Assembly: GCA_016931955.1 (NCBI GenBank)
Contig: JAFGDV010000024.1
Span: forward strand, 1-63,295
Source of the DNA: Candidatus Altiarchaeota archaeon
GTDB lineage: Archaea; Altiarchaeota; Altiarchaeia; IMC4; QMZM01
Direction of reading: 5' to 3'
Length of the DNA stretch: 63,295 bases
The translations under genes and the position numbers were made by a program. Of this stretch, positions 59,901 through 63,295 are shown one piece after another. The notes beneath the pieces are model-generated. The model was not told where the DNA came from, searched no databases, and saw only the letters and a program-made list of their open reading frames with translations. Within the stretch, counting starts at the first letter, position 1. Every line of letters begins with the position of its first letter.

Positions 59901-62900
59901 GAACAACACAATATCAACCAACTCCCCGGAAGGCTACCCAATAGAAGTGGGCAGAGCCTCCAACAACATAATCCAAAACAACATCCTCACAACCTACGCA
60001 TCCTGGGACATAGGACTCAACCTCTGGGGGCCGGGCTCAAACAACAACATTACAAACAACAAAATAACAACTCACGCAGGTTGGAGAGCTGAAGGTGTCT
60101 ATATAGCACTTAACGCAAACAACAACACATTTTACAACATCACAGTACAGACTTCAACATGCTCCTACTGTTACGGCATAGACTTCGACTCAGTCTCAGG
60201 CAACAGATTCATCAACTCAAACATAAACGCCGGCACAAGCTACGACATTTACATAAGAGGAACAGAAGACTACATAAACTACATCATAAACGGCACATTC
60301 AATCAATCGGATATAGGATTCGAAAACTCCTCAACAACAAACAAAATAGAAGTACAATGGTACCTAGACGTCTACGTAAACGACACCTTGAGTAATCCCA
60401 TAGATCAAAGTGACGTAACAGGCTGGATGGATAACAGCAGCCAAGCCTTCTTCAACCAAACCAATGCAACAGGATACATCACAAGACAGACTCTGACGGA
60501 ATACCTCCAGAATGCATCACAGGTCTATCCAACGAATGTCACATACTACACGAACTACACAATAAACGCAACCAAAGCAGGTTACACAGAAGAAACCAAA
60601 CAAGTAAACCTAACAGCAAGCAAAAGCATTTACCTGACATTATCCAGAGAAAATAATCCACCCAATAAACCAACACTAAACAGCCCAGACAACGCCAGCT
60701 ACGTAAACATGAACTTTGTTCTCCTGAACTGGACCTGCACGGACCCGGACGGAGACAACATGACGGCGTACATATACGGAGACAACAGCACAGCGACCAC
60801 TCTTATAAACACCACCACAGGCTGCGTGAACGGCTCATCCTACACATTCAACCGGACTGGATTAGGAGACGACATATATTATTGGAAGATCACGTGCAAT
60901 GACTCCTCCTTAGCGAACACATCTGACACGTATGAGTTCATGACGGGCTGCAACCCACCCAAATCCGGAAACTGGAACATCAACAGCACACTCAACTGCC
61001 AGGACATAACCAGAATATCAGAAGTCGACTTAGTGATAGGCAACAACGGAGGCGTAACCTTCAATAACGTTAATCTGACACTACAAAAAGTGACAGTCCA
61101 AGCAGGAGGCGTACTAAGATTCCAGAACTCCAAAAATTCTGTAACACACAACAACAACTGGACTATCAGCGGAACAACCTATGTCAACCATACGACCCAC
61201 CACATAAACACAACAACCAACGGCGCAATAGGCATAACAGTAACCTCCGCCGGAGCCTTCTATATTTACAACAACTCAAACATCACCAACGGAGAAGGAG
61301 TAGGAGGCAACAGCACAGCACACTTCTTCTTCCAAATAGATCCCGGAGCGACATTCCAAATGAACGATTCCGTACTAGAAGAATGCGGTTTTGCCGGAGA
61401 AGAGAACCAGAAAGGCTTATTCATACAAACAGACAATGTCTGGATAGGAAACAACACAATAACAAACAACTACATAGGAATCTACTTGAATGCATCAGAC
61501 AACAACACAATAAAGGATAACACAATAAAACAAAACCAATACGGAATCCTCCTCTATTCCTCAGCAAACAACACCATATACAACAACCTACTAAACAACA
61601 CAAACAATTTTTATTTCGCTGGAACAAACTACACAAACTATTGGAACACCACCAACCAGACAGGGACGAGGGTATATTCTTCTGGAACAAACATTGGCGG
61701 CAACTATTGGACCAACGCCACTGGAACCGGTTACTCAGACACCTGCAACGACACAAGCTATGACGGATTCTGCGACGACCCATACATTTTAGCAACAAGC
61801 AACAGAGACTATCTGCCACTAAGCAACAAATACACGGCAACTGCCTTCCACATCGACCTGAACTCCCCACCAAACCAGACGACTACAAACGACAACACAC
61901 CAGACTTCAACTTCAATGTTACTGGAATAACAATCACTTACACCTGCGAATTGTTTATAAATGGCACTGGTTATGAAAACAGATGGTTCTTGGATTCAAG
62001 CATAGTATCAGGGCTGGGGGATGTCGGCGGGCGTTCAAAGCCAGAAGTATATCAGAAGGACGGGGTATGGCATCTTATCTCTGGGGAAATGGATGGTGTG
62101 TTCAACGGCTACCAGTGGAATGGGATACAATGGGTATCGAATTCAAGCATAGTATCTGGGTTGGGTAGTATCGGCTGGAATTCAGACCCGACAGTATACC
62201 AGAAGGATGGGGTATGGCATCTTATCTCTGGGGAAAGTGATGGTGTGTTCAACGGCTACCAATGGAACGGAACACAATGGGTATCAAATTCCAGCATAGT
62301 ATCCGGGCTGGCTAATGTTGGCGGGGAGGGGTATTCGTCCCCAACAGTATTCCAAAAGGATGGGACATGGTATCTGATAGCTGGGGAATGGGATGGTGTA
62401 TTCAACGGCTACCAGTGGAACGGAACACAATGGGTATCGAATTCCAGCATAGTATCCGGGCTGGGGGATGTCGGCACGCATTCAATCCCAGAGGTATATC
62501 AGAAGGACGGGATATGGCATCTTATCTCGGGGGAACAAGATGGTGTGTTCAACGGCTACCAGTGGAATGGGATACAATGGGTATCGAATTCAAGCATAGT
62601 ATCCGGGCTGATTAAGGTCACCACGATTTCAGCCCCAGCAGTATACCAAAAGGAGGGGGTATGGCATCTGATAACAGGAGAACAGTATGGTACGTTCTAC
62701 GGATACCATTGGGATGCTCTGAACAACACACCAACAACGATAACTGCAAACCCTGCGCTGTCAGACGGAACATACTACTGGTACATAAACTGCTCTGCTT
62801 CCGGATTTACGAACCAGTCGAAGATCAGAGAGATAACAATCGATGCGACGCCTCCGATAACAAACGCAACCGCATTAATATCCAACGGCTCAGCTTACGT

Positions 62901-63295
62901 CTTCGACACATGGACCAACTTCACCTACGTGAACGTCACACTAAGCTGCGACGACGGCACAGGAACAGGATGCAATACAACACAATACTGCACAGACACA
63001 AACAACACATGCTCACCCAATATAACATACACAACACATATACAGATCACCCAAGAAGAAACCAGCTACATCCGATTCAGGAGCAACGACACTCTTGGAA
63101 ACCTAGAGGATGTGAAGAGCGAGACAATAAGGATCGACACCCAACCACCAGAAATAAACTTTGTAGAACCAACAACAGAGGCAGGTAACCACTCACAGGA
63201 TTGGATCTCGGCGAATGTGACCGTAGTAGATCATAACCTGGACACGATAAACCTTACGCTGTGGAACTCCACCGGAAGGATAGTACAAAGCAACA
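47926..63295 (+). CDS. Giant secreted multidomain surface protein (>5100 aa, runs off window end)
   Basis: TTG start MKQGLIYAVVLGVFFLSVGFSFSQ signal peptide; frame 1 read open wherever checked and the ORF track lists no terminated frame-1 ORF here; Ig-like, beta-helix, DUF2341-like and propeller modules; abundant N-x-S/T. Confidence 0.9.
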   Translation, partial: MKQGLIYAVVLGVFFLSVGFSFSQLSDPENISFSVSTDKEIYFLDEIVRVSVSAPGNSSTNLSILDPQGGIYSTFKENLGNFTHLYSPSSIGDYSVHAHFSLLNISSNASAFFKVIPFVETNPLENASLWTDKPTYYLNEIIRISVSAPKNTTTNLTIRNPTGSLYSTLKELIGSFTHLFFPEFSGNHSVRAFFSLQNWSSNSSVSFSVLSPAIENATNESEVPENPPVSPLDLASLSTDKVVYQLDETVRISLSAPENTSTNLTIQNPLGGLYSSLKEKLGSFTHLYLPEFIGDYLVFAELSLHNETRDLNTSFQVVAENVSKTNISESLFNLKAMKKYFNANKNPEFILYSKKKPEKEKIKAIVYYGGQETDIQAEVEEMQDGNISIKILKKRAFRAGLYTLQVQVDEDHTIEREFSWGLVSLNTRKSIYAPGEMAEFIIVVLDSEGHSVCNAELYLSVTDPENKETMYSTSDGTISPSQECGIYYANYSTEIEGNHTVEITALVSGMEVNFSTHFLVREEYGFDIIRTAESKIDPTQQEWFDVSVGIESFIGGDALTVEESVPAEFEVLTDADIQEEGDTKILTWNKELIDGKTTVTYSYSVPEIWPYLYTLGPLEINSNFSEARPWYIAVDPSYPATPTASNDNEVTETGNTFVTKKTLTVTKNGESWLKTEHELATSNAARATELKIVSQSNGAITCTNSSTTVYPSYTTYYCELDISSLSDGSQSFNLQLRRTSASAATAYNRNWRIYLEVIPSIVTLKTHGNSSYSGIDKFFSRQQTIFVEANVTASDGSNMTDATVTANFTVGGSFEKILTLSHYSGSIYRGNWTTNSTQTVGVYNISVYANNSDGNTTGSNSFHLYSGENVSAYRMDWNDDGSNESVMENRHLIAVFNETDNTDGLILYLEQKDSNVGYTFGKIYDPNSIGRGEVTTTNMKEIRIYDFSFSQEGENLASVDLNIKTTVNDPPPSNPDKVTEKEISRAESTGVDGGDRGLASEPFSGINSGPVFGERTSSIGSEQMSPTISSIYVEPLKVAPGDFMHVSAEVSDGYEIESVTAYMGGIEIIELRLLNGSVYRGIWGGDWLVHDTENREYTTTVTATNALGFSSSADVGWSDPPNVVQIHYRWRNDDNGTSENDYLYVNATTGNDSTAELNNPDKPWKTINESINYVKNNLSPLQKPTIIEIQDSATYTEGIRLAGITTSSTNRLTIRGAKDQMPTWKNDNSNILFCDYDSTNSYGALDIAVSYVTIERISFTGTKNHGVKLCWNNVHNITIRNCIFHDMTISTGNYNHNSVGVYGVAPDSQVYNNVFYNLVYSINFWGNGPVKLRNNIFSVNPCSSEVEMAFVNYNAYSNNHPDSNYNIFQLNTGYLAVGSWNTPTYYTTLADWQACSITPAPDQNSTSGDPKYVTAGTDFHLKSVYGHWTSSGWVNDSESSSGIDAGVPFNIGFEYTYYDKEAEDNGDRVNIGAYGNTDQASLSGNYTGYWNEYKEDGTWKAAEDTLVHNQSKNEGIRLRFSIRNTGTSADNYTYRLQVAARGDFYSCENVTSGYFSDVPTTSDGCGSAVACITNATWFEDGAPTISQLSTPSSLTFVRGGMVEDSSNQTDKITLNQDTFTEIEYNFQFTDNASNATTYCFRVVNGGVGALDGYSKVATITTTELTTSFNLTVTMRTEDVDYLVYRLHNFDSSIDDISDVWSDIAGTLGSSVSDDRYHLENGTDALVSSLTAEQWNDYTASNYSLIYDNSATGDSVNDNVIAWIRFNETENISFQDTGLWNSSSEGLRIRYNTSSASATDEVNYILAFTTGGYDTIQQWMSTVEGGSFPTVNFMASPPGVYLNSPQNQAVTNDTTPDFSFNVVGSESTYNCTLYLNDTNKGNNASTQNNTPTTITSTALSDGTYSWYVNCTATGFAEQSKIREITIDTTAPTTTATAIISNGSSYTFDTWTNSSYVNITLNCSDSGSGCDTTMYCTDTTNTCEPYKNFKQEINISTTAGNLTDYQVKINLNSSNVGAGFNWTRDENATRFKYYNTSSGKETGCSHWIESWNSSSEEATIWVKVPFLENNTNTTIYMNYGNPDAIYNNTQGGNDIFLFFDDFEGDILDTNKWSEIGSGGSYSVSDSILTVTGGASGWETIIGKTRYAMPKEFGYRAKMTETTVTNIVIDDRDAQGNFQGLGYDWAKWSYWDEKNYSCGHDGSETGDARTSDLSNFTLLKLVWTSTAVKFYEDGVLKKTLTTNVPQDTCAPLFEGYFNSSKVYIDWVFVREYTSIEPTIYFGSEESPSNIQITKEGISYIRYRSNDTLGNLEDTKNQTIKIDYTPAQITIVNPENDTNLSSETTWTWINVSTDENAVCKYNLTNSNFDYASQGTTFTNTSGMAHSFNYSGLADGQTYTLYYKCNDSTAGNINPSSVMHTFGVNKTVTFHIDLNSPDNETATDDSTPDFNFTVSGSKSLYVCELFINDSSYGKTDFINVGHIDDGGWVESVWGDGTYIYSADYAGLRAYTFNGTDFNKTGYIDDEENELGVWGDGTYIFLANQDGGLRAYTFNGTNFTNVGHIDDGGNGVGVWGDETYIYLANSGDGLRAYTFNGTNFTNVGWIDDGGNGVDVWGDGTYIYLANYADGLRAYTFNGTNFSNVGHIDDGDEGYGIGVWGDGTYIYLGNYGDGLRAYTFNGSNFTNVGHIYDGGFGQGVWGDGTYIYLANEFDGLRAYTFNGTNFSNVGHIDDGGVGWGVWGDGTYIYLANHDDGLRAYSFTPSALNNTPTTITANLNLSDGVYNWYINCTANGATNQSEIGEITIDATPSTTNASAVKNDSTTYTFDTWTNSSYVNITLSCDDGLGIGCDTTQYCTDTTNTCTPSWFNSSWLYRQPIYISNTAGNLTDYQVKIELTSANAGSHWNWTNNGSDIRFTYYNITGGTETECLHWIESWNSTSETATIWVKIPFIENNTDTIVNMYYGNTGAAYNNTQGGNNTFLLFDDFDSLTGWSGDTANFDTSNGYLLATNNTDSFHKIYKPFTENVAIWEIKARINGTDSADQIWRLYPFYNNTLSYWDVNLAEPGGGNVIALEKNGGATGSSPGIQDTYWHDIKVTRSSSADWRVYVDGTGVISTTDDMWPTATYIGIEYKQLTSNDYIAWDTLRVRKYASPEPSVSIGGEGSSTTIQVTTEGTSYIRYHSNDSLGNLEDTKNQTIKIDTTAPTINFVSPTSSGNLSQNWIAANVTALDGGVGLDTIKLTLWNSTGGIVQSNTSQTSPLFVNLTSLLEGTYYLNATANDTFEHTSTTETNTITLDTTKPTIILQSPENITYNTTLINLNVSADDIIDTWWYSLNSGTNITFTPNTTIIAEYGSNHLIVYANDTAGNENSSEIYFSTSNYLDDCSILNEPGTTYYLQKDIINSTKTTCINITANNIILEGQGHTVDGINTTSTYGIYILRPSQQTTNITVKNLEITDWYNGVANYYANNNTFYNITSELNYYGVYFGYTNYTNLTESTISNSLIGLWMLYSSFNTVYNSTFTSCSYEGVRIGADSTYNIFSNMTVSNGLNRGIFIEYAQNNTIKDSRIENNAGSGIYVYWAGFSPTENNKIYNNLFNNTNNSIINMFTAYINNWNTTNQTGTRIYSSGTNIGGNYWTNATGTGYSDTCNDTNEDGFCDDPYTLAANNTDYLPLSNKYKADWVEVTTCRNLNESGKTYQLSQNVSSPGTCFTIQADNITLNCLGYTINYSQSSVGYAVNNTGYNYTKIKNCNIVQGNTSQSNSYGIRFNKTINGSIENNTIQTSGSSSCYGIYILNSNNTRFYKNNITTTGYYGYGIRIDSSTNANFTDNIISTSDFYARGIYLLNSSDNTIYNNTISTASNAWAFAVGMYASSKNTLKENKFTTTHAQSIGVLVPAEYNISESYFNHSIDSSNLAHGKPILYVFKNDSVTLENLNNTYGLIYVTSSRNATIRNITVAGLDGIYLANTSDSTIANCTLKNTTSKGIGVYYSSSNNRIENNTISTNSPEGYPIEVGRASNNIIQNNILTTYASWDIGLNLWGPGSNNNITNNKITTHAGWRAEGVYIALNANNNTFYNITVQTSTCSYCYGIDFDSVSGNRFINSNINAGTSYDIYIRGTEDYINYIINGTFNQSDIGFENSSTTNKIEVQWYLDVYVNDTLSNPIDQSDVTGWMDNSSQAFFNQTNATGYITRQTLTEYLQNASQVYPTNVTYYTNYTINATKAGYTEETKQVNLTASKSIYLTLSRENNPPNKPTLNSPDNASYVNMNFVLLNWTCTDPDGDNMTAYIYGDNSTATTLINTTTGCVNGSSYTFNRTGLGDDIYYWKITCNDSSLANTSDTYEFMTGCNPPKSGNWNINSTLNCQDITRISEVDLVIGNNGGVTFNNVNLTLQKVTVQAGGVLRFQNSKNSVTHNNNWTISGTTYVNHTTHHINTTTNGAIGITVTSAGAFYIYNNSNITNGEGVGGNSTAHFFFQIDPGATFQMNDSVLEECGFAGEENQKGLFIQTDNVWIGNNTITNNYIGIYLNASDNNTIKDNTIKQNQYGILLYSSANNTIYNNLLNNTNNFYFAGTNYTNYWNTTNQTGTRVYSSGTNIGGNYWTNATGTGYSDTCNDTSYDGFCDDPYILATSNRDYLPLSNKYTATAFHIDLNSPPNQTTTNDNTPDFNFNVTGITITYTCELFINGTGYENRWFLDSSIVSGLGDVGGRSKPEVYQKDGVWHLISGEMDGVFNGYQWNGIQWVSNSSIVSGLGSIGWNSDPTVYQKDGVWHLISGESDGVFNGYQWNGTQWVSNSSIVSGLANVGGEGYSSPTVFQKDGTWYLIAGEWDGVFNGYQWNGTQWVSNSSIVSGLGDVGTHSIPEVYQKDGIWHLISGEQDGVFNGYQWNGIQWVSNSSIVSGLIKVTTISAPAVYQKEGVWHLITGEQYGTFYGYHWDALNNTPTTITANPALSDGTYYWYINCSASGFTNQSKIREITIDATPPITNATALISNGSAYVFDTWTNFTYVNVTLSCDDGTGTGCNTTQYCTDTNNTCSPNITYTTHIQITQEETSYIRFRSNDTLGNLEDVKSETIRIDTQPPEINFVEPTTEAGNHSQDWISANVTVVDHNLDTINLTLWNSTGRIVQSN
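48019..48880 (+). repeat. Three tandem MG2/Ig-like domains at the N-terminus of the giant protein
   Basis: S.STDK..Y.L.E.VR.S.SAP.N..TNL.I..P.G..YS..KE..G.FTHL. Confidence 0.8.
55339..56196 (+). repeat. Seven ~123-nt (41-aa) LVIVD-like repeats, probable 7-bladed beta-propeller
   Basis: F.NVGHIDDGG....VWGDGTYIYLAN..DGLRAYTFNGT. Confidence 0.9.
61984..62715 (+). repeat. Five ~147-nt (49-aa) Trp-rich repeats, probable beta-propeller
   Basis: Units start 61984, 62131, 62278, 62431, 62578: WVSNSSIVSGL..VG..S.P.VYQKDG.WHLISGE.DGVFNGYQWNG.Q. Confidence 0.9.

Noticed and set aside
48452-63188. Many small ORFs in the track
   Set aside because: Off-frame or antisense shadows of the giant frame-1 ORF
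47926-63295. Diversity-generating retroelement behind the variable repeats
   Set aside because: No reverse transcriptase or non-coding template repeat in the window; differences are not adenine-specific and include indels
1-63295. Integrase, transposase or provirus
   Set aside because: No recognisable recombinase, transposase, capsid or packaging ATPase motifs in any ORF

Overview
Archaeal genomic window. The gene set (TFB, thermosome, rps8e, class III pilin, beta-RFAP synthase, archaeal RNase P RNA) and the giant surface protein suggest an Altiarchaeota/DPANN-like lineage; this is inference only. It begins with the 3' end of 23S rRNA and a reduced (type M-like) RNase P RNA. Housekeeping blocks lie at 0.9-6.1 kb and 29-47.8 kb. 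Three accessory regions stand out. (1) 6.1-17.3 kb: a KaiC/roadblock/FIST/V4R signalling cluster with a low-GC ferredoxin/B12-radical-SAM insert, ending in a tandem array of three toxin-antitoxin cassettes. Each cassette is bounded by a copy of the last ~10 codons of the V4R gene (invariant 17-bp core), which looks like repeated integration at a gene-end att site, yet no integrase is present in the window. (2) 17.5-29 kb: a candidate archaeal polymorphic toxin locus with two ~1000-aa paralogues sharing an unrecognised N-terminal module but different C-termini, duplicated candidate immunity genes, an orphan toxin tip and junction repeats. (3) 47.9 kb to the window end: a >5100-codon ORF missed by the ORF track. 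It encodes a giant secreted protein in which repeated Ig-like scaffold domains carry interchangeable plug-in domains at fixed loops. A 30-aa mS38/bS22-like basic protein, also missed by the ORF track, is present. All family assignments come from motif recognition by eye; no searches were run.
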